A stretch of DNA of 42,742 nt. Source: Monosiga brevicollis MX1 (taxonomy: Eukaryota). Shown here in pieces: positions 20,535 to 32,392 of this stretch. The notes beneath the pieces are model-generated. The model saw only the letters and a program-made list of their open reading frames with translations. It was not told where the DNA came from and searched no databases. Made by a program: the position numbers and the translations under genes. The DNA lies in assembly GCF_000002865.3 (NCBI RefSeq), contig NW_001865080.1, forward strand, positions 17,875 to 60,616. The letters run 5' to 3'. The first letter of the stretch is position 1; each line of letters starts with the position of its first letter.

Positions 20535-23500
20535 TTATCGGTTAGACGTAACCATCTTCAGGGAAGCTGTCAAGAAATCGTCGCCGTAGCTCTTCTTGAC
20601 AGTCATGGTGGCAATGCAGATCTCATCGCCATCAACATAAAAGTCAACGCTGTCCGTGAACTGACGTTCGCCGGCCAGCGGCTCGCCTCCAGGAGTATGA
20701 ACAATCTGGCTCATCTTGTGCTTGAAGCTGTGCAACATTGATCGCAGCTGCGGCACCGTCTGAAATAAAAATAAGAGGCGGGGGTGCAAGACGAAGAAGC
20801 ACATGAGACATGGACATGTCGGTAAAAGAAGATGCACAACGAAGAAGAGAAAAAAAATAATAGAAGGTCCATCAGACAATTAAAACCTTATCATTAGTCT
20901 CGACAGAGCACTTAGAGCGCTTAAGTAGTACCAATATAGAAAGCATCATTGGACCGCTTCAACAAGAACGACCAAAAACAGAAACGAAAATAACTAGGCT
21001 CACACACGCATGCAAACACAATAAAACGCACCAGTTCCAAGAACTTGGCCAACTTCTCGAGCTTCATGCGCGTGTAGAGCTTGAGGTAGCTGCGGATTTG
21101 ACCCAAAAGGATCAACTGCTTTGCCTCTTGCTTGAACAGTTCCAATTGTCGCTCAGACTCAGCCTTGAGCACGTCCTCCTCAGGAGGTTGTTGGGGGTCC
21201 GCCAAAAAGGGGCAAAGGAATCGAGGAGCACCACGGAGCAGAAGATGGTTGATGGCTTCATCGGCACCCTCGCCAGACTGAATCTTGCGAATGTTCTCAC
21301 CCTCCTTCTCGTTCATCAGATGCTCGACCGAGCGCTCAAGGCGCTGGGGCAGCAGACTGTAGGCGAGAGCAAGGAGGCAGACAATGGTGTCGCGTTTGCG
21401 GCCTCCATCGTAATGACCAGGTCCACGGTGGCTGGCCATTTGGATCAGAATCGACTCGAACAGACGGAAGGCATCCTGATAACGGCGCAACATCAAATAG
21501 CAAAATCCTATGCCAAGAAAAGAGCAAGCAGTCAGTCTAACAGCTGCAAAAGTATGCACAGATTCAAAGGCGAAACAAATCTTACCGAGATGATAGTGGA
21601 GAGATACGTTGCAGGCCGGCACGAGAGAGAAGATGAAACGGCGATCCAGATCAACGTTCTTCATGATCTGCAGAGCTTGACGATAATCGCCTGATGACAT
21701 GCGCAATGCCAAGGTGGAGTGAGACCAACGTGCAAGAGATGATAAAGACAACGCAGCGCGTGCCTCAGCCACACTCGGAAAAGGCGAGAAAAGGAACGAA
21801 ATATCGTCTGCCAGCAGGGGGAAATGTCGGCACAAAAAGCCGCACGCCTCCAAAAAAGCAGAACTCAATCTAGCGTCCGCCTCTTCAACATCATTCATGG
21901 AATCCCCGAAGGGATCCTCTTTGACGTTGCTTTGAACGGCGCATATAACAAGGCAAAAGCGGACAAGGGATGCCAAGATAGCCAAACGACAAGACTCGAC
22001 GGCATGCGTGTGTTCAAGCGTTGCACGACACAGCTACTAACCAAGGTGGCACTGCAGACGGACAAGGCCGACAAGGGAGAAGCAGCCGAGCATTTTGTAG
22101 AGGCTGCTCTTGCCAAAGGCACCAGCCATCTCAGTGGGGTTTTGGCCGCTGCGGTAGGCCTCGAGTTGTTCGTTGATTTCGCTCTTGAGAATGAGGGAGT
22201 GCAGGGCGTTGAGAACAATGGTGACGTTCCAGGCGTTGGGTCGCTCGGCGATCTCCTGATAGTCGCTCTCGGTCTTGGCGTCATCAACGCGGGATCGGAA
22301 AATGACAAAGTCTTGGAACTATGAGATGTGAATGACACGCACATGATGGGAGCGTGAGTAAGCCTTGAAACATGGCCAAAGATGTGCGAGGGTGCTTGGA
22401 GTGGGGGTGGGGAAGGAGCCTCAGGTTGTCAGAGGTCAAGTATCATCACATAAAATCAGGACGATAACGCAGTATGATGCTCATCTTTGGCAACTTCCCA
22501 CGAGTGTGTTTGTTTTGTTTTATCAACAACCATGGCAAGATGTCAGCTGGGAGAAAAAGAATGAAGAAGAAGAACCAACCTGGTACAAGAACTCATCAAT
22601 CATGTCCCAAAGCCACTTGTTAGGCAGCTCGAGGTCGAGAGGCGCATCCGGCTCTGTGCAAAAGAGAACCCATTGAAAATGCCGGTTAGGAATGGCCTGT
22701 GACGATAGCCAGTGTCAGCAAGACTAGAGATGACGAGTAAACTCACCGACAAACATGTTGATGAGCTCAATGTAGTGGTCGTACGAGGCATGGCGATCCT
22801 CCACGGTGATTTCAATGTTGGTGTTGCTGGAACGGTAGTAGACATCACGGTAGTAGAGCTCGGGATACAACGAAACGAAGTACGAGTCCTCCTGGCCTTC
22901 CTGCTCGAACATGGCCTGGATGTACACGGGCTCGGGCCATCGGCTGTCCTTGAAGTATCTAATGAATCATGGGAACCCAGGGAAAAAAATCAGAAATCGG
23001 TCATGGCAGTTCTCTCAGCTGGGTTCTTTGGAAACACGTGATCAAACTGGACCTTGGTGCCAACGTACTGGTCGGTGGTGCGACGCCATTTGTATTCGTA
23101 ATGCTCTTCGATTTCCTTGAGGCTCTTCTCTTGAATGGCCTTGTTGAACGAGCGGAGGTAGTTTTGCACCTCTTGCGGGACATTGGCGTTAATGTCCGCA
23201 ACGGTGATTTCTGCGAGACAAAAGTCACACCATTGTCGCGTCAGGTATGCATCAAGACTGAAGGGCTTTGAAGCTATGATGATCAGTCGACTGACAGCAC
23301 AGCACCAGAGGCCGCAGAGAAAACAAAAATTCTCAAATGCCAAAAAAAAGCAGTCAAGGCAACGGAAAGAAGGAAGTTTCATGCCGGTTTCCCTTTGACA
23401 TGCCACAGGACGGGAGCCGTAAGGCCCACGACCACGACAGCCAAAAAAATACGACATTGTTAATCTTGCACTGCAGCGAAAGCCATCTCGCCAGAGAGAA

Positions 23501-23718
23501 GACCAGCTGATGGTTTTAGAAACAGTGCTTGGGAGCGCGACGGCGCACACACGGAACAAAGCCGATAAAGAACATAAAAAAAAGGGCAGACAACCACAAA
23601 AAAAAGGGCATCCAGTCTTGCCACAAACGACGGCCACTCAAAGTCTTGGCGCTGCAATCGGTGCAGGCCACGGCCAGAGAAGGAGCTCACCTTGCTCTTC
23701 AAAGGTTTCCTGCTCCAT
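20535..23718 (-). CDS. EIF3L: Eukaryotic translation initiation factor 3 subunit L, multi-exon
   Basis: LYPELYYRDVY, LPNKWLWDMIDEFLYQFQ, LYKMLGCFSLVGLVRLQCHLGDY, GFCYLMLRRYQDA, IRSYLKLYT, VDFYVDGDEI and KSYGDDFL. Start MEQETFEEQ at 23718. Confidence 0.96.
20866..20955 (-). ncRNA. Box C/D snoRNA candidate in the last eIF3L intron (20760-21031)
   Basis: The minus strand reads GGTCCA-ATGATGC...CTAA...ATGATAA...CTGA-TGGACC: a perfect 6-bp terminal stem directly flanking box C and box D, 90 nt long, on the host sense strand. Confidence 0.78.
21799..21945 (-). ncRNA. Box H/ACA snoRNA candidate in eIF3L intron 21691-22041
   Basis: Hairpin 1 (GCGCCG/CGGACGC, CAACGTCA/TGATGTTG, GGATCCC-TTCG-GGGATTCC), H-like AGATTG 14 nt after the pocket, hairpin 2 (TCTGC/GCAGA), then an ATA box plus 3 nt. 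Confidence 0.55.
22425..22494 (-). ncRNA. Box C/D snoRNA, snR68-like, in eIF3L intron 22319-22579
   Basis: The minus strand reads GTTG..AAGATGA-GCATCATA-CTGCGTTATCGT-C-CTGA(D')-TTTTAT-GTGATGA(C')-TACTTGACCT-CTGA(D)-CAAC. The 12-nt guide is antisense to LSU rRNA ACGAUAACGCAG. Confidence 0.92.
23374..23530 (-). ncRNA. Box H/ACA snoRNA candidate in eIF3L intron 1 (23211-23690)
   Basis: Hairpin 1 GCACTG/CAGTGC with inner CCATC/GATGG, a perfect H box AGATTA (23466-23461), hairpin 2 ATGTCG/CGGCAT, then AAA plus CTT as an ACA-box variant. Confidence 0.6.
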
Positions 23719-24499
23719 GATGTCGGTTCACGATCAGTGAGCGCCAGAGGGAAGTGTGAGGGCAGCCCTGATACCACACACACGAGGCAGAGTGAAGAGA
23801 GAGAGAGAGAGAGGGAGACCACGAGTTGAACACTGACAAGAGGTAGCACACTCTCTCTACCTCCTCTCTCTCAACGGCTAAAACACATTCATGCAAACGA
23901 CAACGTGGGAGCTGAAGCTTGTGGGCCTGTGCAACGTGAAGGGCTATCTAAATATAGTGCAAGCATCCGAAGATAGAACGATCGACTCAAACTCGTTTGT
24001 TTTTGCCCCACCCTCATTGCTACTAAATGTACTTGATCTGTCTTTTGTTCAACAAAAGCAGAAAAAAAATTTCAAGAGAGAGAGAGAGAGAAAGAGAGAA
24101 ACTCAACTCAGTGGCGTTGGTGACTTGATGTGACGTGGTGAAGGCCCATTTAACACACACTGAACCGGACCAGACCGCCTGAGACACGCTCGGGCCCGAG
24201 TTCGCCTCAGTCGCAGGTGCTAGTGGCTGTTGCATTCTTTGAACCGGCTCCAGTAGCTGCTGTTGAGGTTTGACGGTGCCGTGTCAGCTTGCAGCACGCG
24301 CCTGTAAGCCCCCCGGACGCCGCCGGCTGTTTAAACACATCAGCAAAACAAATAGTAGGTCAGGAGCCCCCTGTCACGGACACTGGCAACCATCGACTCA
24401 TCGACTGTTGCGAGGCTTGACGTCCCCGCCTCGTCGCCTCTCACTGGTCGTGGATATGTGCCCGTCCTGCCTGCGTTTTGACGGACAGCCACCAGCATC

Positions 24500-26445
24500 A
24501 TGGCCACCATGGAGGCTCGAATGGACGTGGATGCCGAGGACGAGCTTGAACACCAGGCTCACCATGAAGCTCAGACGCTGGTTGACCCAGAAGGCGCCAT
24601 GCAAGCCCTCCGTGATGCAAGTCAGTTGGGACCAGATAGATGTGCTTGCTCTGCAACTCTTGATCCGACCCTGATGTCGACATTGGCGCCACCCCACACC
24701 TAACACAATTTCTTCCCATGCTCGTTGACACCTTGACAGTTGCACAGCCTCTTGACCGCTCCGTCTCTGGCGCTATCAAGAAGCGCGACAAGGACATTAC
24801 CGAGCTGAGCCAGCTCTATTCCAAATATGACAAGGCTGCCGAAATGCGTCAGCTTATCGATGACGTTCGTCCCTTCCTCGAAGTCATCAGCAAGGCCAAG
24901 GGCGGCAAGGTCTTCAAGAATCTTATCGACCGCTTTGTCGAGCTAAAATCCGCTACGCCCGATGAGGTCTGAGCGCGCTGTTTAGCGCATCCTTCTGCTC
25001 TGCCCGCAACTTTGATGTGCTCCGCCCCTTTCCCTACCTTGGACCTAAGCCGTCCGCTTGCCTCTTCGTCGATTGGCGCGCCACATAGAAAGTCAACATG
25101 TGCAAGGATTGCATTGCCTGGGCCCAGGAGAACAAGCGCACGTTTCTGCGCCAGGCTCTTGAAGTCCGACTCATTGCCCTCCACCTCGATGCCAAGGTGC
25201 GTGCCCTACCTTTTGCTCTCACAACACCAGGCTAGGCTTGACCACGACTTGCGTTGTTTATCTTTGCGCTCACCCCGTCAATCGCCACTCTGATGGCTCT
25301 CTGCTGGGACGCAGCAATACCAAGAGTGTTTGGCAGAGCTTCAGCCATTGGTCCGGGAGCTCAAGCGCCTGGACGATCGCCAGCTGCTCGTTGAGGTCAT
25401 GCTGATGGAATCCCAAGCCCTCTTCGCTCTGTCCAACTACCCCAAGGCACGCGCCTCGCTCGTTTCAGCGCGCACCACCGCCAACACCATCTACTGTCCG
25501 CCCAAGATGCAAGCCGCGCTCGATCTGCAGTCTGGCATCCTGCATGCTCAGGAGGGTGATTACAAGACTGCATACTCATACTTTTACGAAGCCTTTGAAG
25601 GCTACGACTCAGTGGACATGCCGGCCAACGCCCTTCGTGGCCTCAAGTACATGCTGCTGAGCAAGGTCCTGCTCAAGGATGCCGCAGATGTCCCGGCCAT
25701 TGTCACCGGCAAACTGGCTCTCAAGTACTCGGGCCGTGATATTGAGGCCATGCAGGCCGTCGCGGCCGCCGACCTGAAGCGTTCCGTTGCCAACTTTGAG
25801 CGGGCGCTCAAGGATTATCCTTCGGTACGTTGAACAAATCGACCGCGCCTGCAGAACAAGGCCAGGCCCACCTCCTTGTGTTTGAAGACGGCCTTCAATA
25901 AACGGGCGCCGAGGCTCACTTCTCATCAACACCACCTCTAACCCTTCCCCTCTTGCATTGCTTCAGGAACTGCAAGATGACATGGTGGTTCAAGGACATG
26001 TTCATGATTTGTGGGATTCCCTGTTGCAGTCCAACTTGGCGCGCATCGTCGAGCCCTTCTCGCGAGTAGAGATTACCCACGTCGCCGAGACCATCAACCT
26101 CTCCGTGGCTGACGTGGAGAAGAAGCTCTCACAGATGATCCTGGACGGCCAGCTCCACGGCATCCTCGACCAAGGCACAGGCTGTCTGGAAATTTTTGAA
26201 CCTGAAACCAAGGATGAGACGTAAGGCTCGACCCGGAATCTTTTTTTTTTTTTCTTTTTTTTTTTCCTCTGGCCCATGACTTGCGCATGACAATCGTGGT
26301 AATTTTTTTTTTTTAACTGTTGCTTCGTCTTGTTGGTTCCCACCTGTTCCGTGCTACTTGCAGCTATGACTTGGCATTGCAGACGATTGAGCACGCTGGG
26401 TCGGTGCTGGATGCGCTCCAAAAGAAAGCGCAAAAGCTGTATTAA
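24500..26445 (+). CDS. PSMD11: 26S proteasome lid subunit Rpn6/PSMD11, multi-exon
   Basis: [85 protein letters not shown] and [11 protein letters not shown]. Confidence 0.97.
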
Positions 26446-26768
26446 GATGTGACCCTCGTTCTGTGCCAAGCCGCAGTGTCCCGAGGATCTCTGCAGGCAA
26501 TGTCCGTGTGCCCTGGATTTCTGTCTCAACTCATTTGCGTCTCTTTTGTACCGACAACGGAAGAAAAAGAACGAAAGAATGGAATGGAAAAAATGGAAAA
26601 GTTTCCCGATGCTCTGAAACAGGTTCACCCTCAAAGCTGAACTCGGCACACATTGCATATGTAATTTTTCGACACGAGACATTTGACAAGAGCAGAGGGA
26701 GTGAGGGGTGGCATGGCTAGTAGGAAGCCCAAGCATTCCTGGTAGGAGGCAGGCTTTTGCCAGTGTAT

Positions 26769-27998
26769 CTAAACCACGGTGCCCTCCATGGGTTGGCTGG
26801 CGTTGAGCTTGGTGACCGCCTTTTCGACGGCCTCGGCTGGGTTCAGCGCTGGATACGCGATACCAGCTTCCGTCATTTGCTCTTGGCACCATTCCAGCAG
26901 CCGAACCATGTTTGTCAAGGTTGTGCGTGCCTCGACTCCCTGCGATGACAGTTGCAAAATCAACAATCGCCCCCATTAGATGAGGCGACACAAGTGGACG
27001 AGAGCCAAGCCGAGGTGTCCTACCTGAGCTTGCAACACGGCCGTATTGATCAGCGAAGCCAAATGCTGGCGGCGCTCAACGGACAACAAGCCCTGCAGTG
27101 GGGATCTGGCAGCAATATCAGTGATGAGCCGTGCACCGTGCAGCGAGGTGAGCTGGCTGCATGTCCAAAGAGGCAAAGGGACTGGAGTGACGATGAACAA
27201 AAAAGATCAAGTCAACCCCCACCCCCACCACCACCCCCCTCAAAAAAAAAAAATAAGTAAATAAATAATAGTGACGCACGATTGTGGCTGCCCAAATGCC
27301 AAAAGGCCCATGGCCTGCTGAATCTCAGAGCGAAGGGCTGCTGTGGCTGAAGACTCTTCATCCGCATCGCTGGCCGTCAACTGGTCGACGTTGAATTCGG
27401 TCTGACACAAGAAATTGGCAGCGAGATGAGTCTGCAGGTTGAGTGGCTGTGGAGCAAGCAGCACATGACGAGGCTAGGCGAGGTGCCAACTTGAGCAAAG
27501 TTGATGGCTTCAGACAAGGCCCCTTTGCGTATCAGTTCGATAAACTGTTGAACTCGCAGCTTGAGGTACAGCTGGTTGTCGGTATCAAAAATGTCTGTGC
27601 TAATGTCATTGACGCGGCGAAACGCCCCCTCCACATCCCCAGCGTCGATGGATTCACGAATCTACGGCCACGCGCAGGATGAGACCAGCGGGCCAGAGGA
27701 TGATGGCGTCGAGATGCAAAGGCACAGCAACCAAGGTGACTTGGGAAAGGAGTCAAGACACGAGCAGCCAGGCACGGGGCACCTGTTGTCGAGTGTCCAC
27801 AGCGCTGAGGTCACCGGTGGCATCCAGGTCTGCCTCATGGGCTAGTGCTTCAGCAGCATCCCTGTAGCCCTCAACGATCAAAAACTCGAGTACGGCACGA
27901 TCCAGTGCCTGCAGTCGGGGCGCTCTTTCACGATCGGCGTGCTCACGCCAGCTGGCGTCCACCTCTGGCGCCGCCAGCTCGTCGACGTCGACGTTCAT
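26769..27998 (-). CDS. GID8: GID/CTLH complex subunit GID8 (LisH-CTLH-CRA), multi-exon
   Basis: LisH VLEFLIVEGYRDAAEAL, CTLH IRESIDAGDVEGAFRRVN..LKLRVQQFIELIR, and CRA AINFAQ..MGLLAF..SPLQGLL..RRQHLASLINTAVL..RLLEWCQ. Confidence 0.9.
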
Positions 27999-28436
27999 GC
28001 CGCTGTTGCTCGTGTTTGTTGTTGGTGGAACCGGTGATGCTGATAGTGTTGACTCTCACTGCATCAACGTCTCTCTTGTGTGTGGCGCGGTCGCCAGCCA
28101 AGGACCCACGGCCAGCCACCAATCCCAGCAAGAAAGCAACCAGCAACAAAACTATGCCTGTGTACAGGATGTCAAGGTGTCAGACGGAGCGAGGGTGCGG
28201 GGACGACTAGGGGGGTCGTCGGCGGGAATGAAAAGAGCCCATCACAACAAAGCAAAACTGCGTGACATCCAGTGCGGGCTGAGCCAAAAGCAAAGGCCGG
28301 ACCAGCCGTCGCTTCCACCCCCAACGAGACTTACTTTGCAGGGCGCCTTCAGCCGTATCTTGCTCCAATGTCACGTCACCCCCACCGGCAAGCATTCACT
28401 GGCTGTGCAAGCAGCCACCCCATTGATCGAACTGCC

Positions 28437-28460
28437 AAAAAAAAAAAAAAAAAAAAATAG

Positions 28461-28510
<50 letters not shown>

Positions 28511-28520
28511 CTCTCTCTCT

Positions 28521-28574
<54 letters not shown>

Positions 28575-28603
28575 CTCTCTCAAGCTCTCTCTCTCTCTCT
28601 CTT
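28437..28603. repeat. Poly(A) followed by a (CT)n microsatellite with AAG interruptions
   Basis: Seen directly in the sequence. Confidence 0.95.
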
Positions 28604-28986
28604 TCGAGCGAGTGGCAACAAGAAACTCGAGTGCAGTGAGCATACCTTTTCGAGTGGGCTCGAAAGAAGTGACCATATCCGCTTGTTGGCCCTCTTTGGA
28701 TGGACTGGTGATGGTGATGGTGGGGTGAGTGCCGGACGTGCTAGTACGGGGTGTAGTCAACTCCGTGTGCCTACCACCTGCTGGCCTCCTTCTCCCCCGA
28801 TCCAAACGCACACCCTGAGCCCTTGGCGCCCTGTGCGTGTGTGTACTCGAGTTCGTCTGTCACTTGTCTGTACACTCTCTCACCTCTTTGTCCAACACAC
28901 TTGTCCGCGTGGATGACACTACAGGGTTATGTGATACATTTTAGAGAAGCGTATTCAATTTTACTTCAGGGTGTCTTCTCAGCAAC

Positions 28987-29027
<41 letters not shown>

Positions 29028-29403
29028 GGGCGCGCGCGCTGCGCCATCCGCCAGAGCGACGTGGTGGCTGCCGTCAGTCTTGCTGCTTCCGACTCCTCGT
29101 CCTCCTCCTCCTCTTCTTCTTCTTCGTCTTGTTTTTTCGACTCCTTGTACTCTTCTCCTCTCCCTTCTCTCTCCCTCTCTTTCTCTCTCTCTTTTTCGTT
29201 GACACGAGGGACGATCTTCCGTTGATCCACCTTTTGCTCATTCGCCTCGTGTGCTGCATCGATCCTCAGGAATTAAACAGCGCGCCTTCTTCTTCTTCTT
29301 CTTCGTCGTCGTCGTCGTCTCTGATGGGGATAGGGTATTGGGCAGGGCACGTCATTTGCTTGGAAGACAAGAAACACCAAAGGCGTCTGGGTGCGGCACA
29401 GCC

Positions 29404-32392
29404 ATGCGCGCCACGGCGCAGCAAGCCCGCACCAGGGCCATGCCCTCGCTCTACCTGCTTCTGCTCCTCCTCTCCCTGACAAGGCCACTTGTATGTCACG
29501 CCAAGGTCGATCTCGATCTTGCGCGCCAGCTCATGGCACCTCAGCTGCAGGCCATTGCCAATTTTCTGGACGCTTACGATACAGCCCGGAGCACGCTCCA
29601 ACCAGCGGCGCCCTTGCCTGCCTCCTCAGCCGGCTCTGCTGCTCCAGCTGCTGCTGCCCGGGGCCCGACACAAAGCCCGGGCCCAATCATTGACAAATGC
29701 ATCTATGATCTCAATGAGCTATTCCCGCGCATCCTACCCCCCGGGGATCAAAACTTTTCCCACCGCAACCTGACCCTCAACGGCCTGCGCATGGTCGATG
29801 CCTGGGGCAAGCTTCCGGCCGGTGTCCTCACCAGCCCACCTTCCATCCAAATGTTCGGTGACTATGCCGAATGCATATCCTTGCACCCGCCGAGCATCCC
29901 ACTCCAATTTTGCATGGTGGAAGGCTTTGAGCAGGTGACCCCCAATGAAACCCATGTCCTGGCCGCTGAAACCACCCAGGTGGCCTCGTGGGGCATCTGT
30001 CTCCCACGCTCCTGCAACGAGCCCTCAGTCAAGTCCCTGGTCGACAACGCCACCGCCACCTACCTACCTGGCCTCTTCTCCTCCACCACAGTCCACTGTG
30101 CCCGCAGCCAACATGTGACTCCGGGCAATGCTTCCGTTTTCATCGTCCTCGGCCTGCTCGTCGCGCTCGTTGCTGCCGGCACCGGCCTGCACCTCTGGCT
30201 TACCCTCCGAAGCCGACTCTGGGCCCCCAAGCTCTTGCTCGAAGAGAATGGCTATGCTTCGCCCCGCGCAGATGGCACGGCCTCGAATCGCTACTCTTGG
30301 GCACGCGCTTCCGTCTCGGATGACCCCAACCAAGTAGGTGACCCCTCCCCATACCAGCGAATTGTATCCCCGCCCAGCTCTCAGCCCTCCTCCAGTGAAC
30401 CCCTCTCGCGCGACGTCTTGGTGGATCACCCCGCCAATGCCGCCAACGCCGCCAACGCTGCCACCCGTGACCATTACGCTTCCACCAATGGCCCGGTGAA
30501 CAGCACAGGCCCTGGCCTTCAGACCCGTCGTGCTGCCCCTCTGAGCAATGGCCATACTGGCAGCAACCACAGTAGCATGGAAGAGGCTCCAGTCACCGCC
30601 ACGGTGGCAACGCCGACAGCAGTTGACGTTGGGCCAAATCGCCTTGCGTCCAACTTGGCGCTCACCCGCTCTCTGCCGGGCTTTCGTCAGAAAAGTTTGG
30701 CAGCTGGGCCGGGTGCTGGTCGTGACTTGCGGCTTAGCCCCAGCACTCCGCGCTACGAATTGGATCTCGCCGCCCCGCCCACCCCAAGCGAAGAGGCAGA
30801 GGATCAAAGTCACATCGATGGCTCTTCCGAACACGCGCCACTCCTCAAACGCATCTCCTTCGACGGCCTCACTGCCGCCAGTACCCCCTTTCAGGGCATC
30901 ACAGAGCCTCAACCGCCCGCCTGGCAGCGCTGCCTGCTGGCCTTTTCGCTCCGCACAAACCTCCCGCGCTTGCTAAGCATGCAACGCAACCGCCACTCCA
31001 TCGCCATTTTTGATGGTATGCGCAGCTTAAGCATGTTGTGGGTTATCCTGGGCCACAGCTGGCTCTGGATCTTCAAACAATGGCCGCAAAACATGGTCGC
31101 CGTGATTGCCCTAGGCGATCGGCTTTCCTTTCAGGCTATCGCTGCCACCTCATACGCGGTCGATACCTTCTTCTTCATCTCGGGCTTTCTGGTCTGTTAC
31201 AGCTGCCTGACGGTGCTCAAGAAGCGCAAAACCCTCCCCTGGTTGCGATACTACCTGCACCGTTACATTCGCTTGACCCCGTCCTATGCATTGGTCATGC
31301 TTCTGTTTGTGAATCTCTCCCCTTTCCTTGGCGACGGGCCCGTCTTTTACCGCCAGCAAGAGAGCATGTCCATGGATGCTTGCGAAGGCCTCACTCGCTC
31401 GTCCTGTGGCTGCGCCAAGTACTGGTGGGCCAATTTTCTCTACATTCAGGTACAAGACCCCGACGGCAGGATCGAAGCGCGCCTCGCCAGCCCTGACCGA
31501 CTTTTTTGCTCTGCATGCTTCCTGCGGCCTCGCTTCGTAGAATTACTACCCGAGCTCAGATCCCAACAATGAGTGCATGGGATGGACCTGGTACCTGGCG
31601 CTCGACATGCAAATGTATTGGGCCAGCCCCCTCTTGCTTTTGATCCTCCACCGTCACAAGGTGTGGGGTATGATCGTCTGGTCTGTGGCCTTGCTGGCCA
31701 GCATCGTGATTCCCTTTGCACTGGCCTATCACTACCACCTCTCTGCCAACGCCTTGCCGGGCGTACCGGGGGAACATTTTACCAGCCGGACCGATCAGGG
31801 CAACATCTTTTCGCTCATCCAGAATAAGCCCTGGACGCGCATGGCGCCCTACCTCATGGGCATCATGCTTGCCTATCACCTGACTGTCCGCCACAACTCG
31901 TACAGCCCCCAGCTGCGGCTCAAGCCTGCCCTTCATGCGGCCGGCTGGGCGGTGAGTGCGGCTCTGCTCTTCATCATCATCTATTGTGCCACCGGCTTTC
32001 AAGCGCGACTGTTCGACTACAACTTTTCCCAGTTTGAGGATGCCGTCTGGATCTCCCTGTGCCGTCCTCTCTGGGCATTGGTGCTTTGCTGGATCACTTA
32101 TACCTCGGCCATGAATGCGGCAGGCTGGGTCTCAGACCTGTTGGCTGCCCCATTTTGGCTGCCTGTCTCCCGCCTCACCTTTAACGCATATCTGATTCAC
32201 CCAGTCGTGTTGAACACCTTCTTCAACAACCTCCGACAACCGATTTACTATCAGGACGGCGTGGCCATCAACTTTTTCATTGGCAACACCGTCATGAGCT
32301 ATGCTGCGGCGGGCTTGGTCGCGTTGTTGGTGGAGATTCCTTTTGCTGAGCTCGAAAAGGTTTTTACTTCCCGCAAATGGCGCAAGCCATAA
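29404..32392 (+). CDS. NRF-6/OACYL-like membrane acyltransferase (NRF N-terminal domain + Acyl_transf_3); intron ~31450-31540
   Basis: Signal peptide MPSLYLLLLLL, RMVDAWGKLPAG..FGDYAEC..WGICLPRSC, DGMRSLSMLWVILGH, AVDTFFFISGFL, HRYIRLTP, CMGWTWYLALDMQ, KPWTRMAPYLMG and SRLTFNAYLIHP. Confidence 0.93.
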
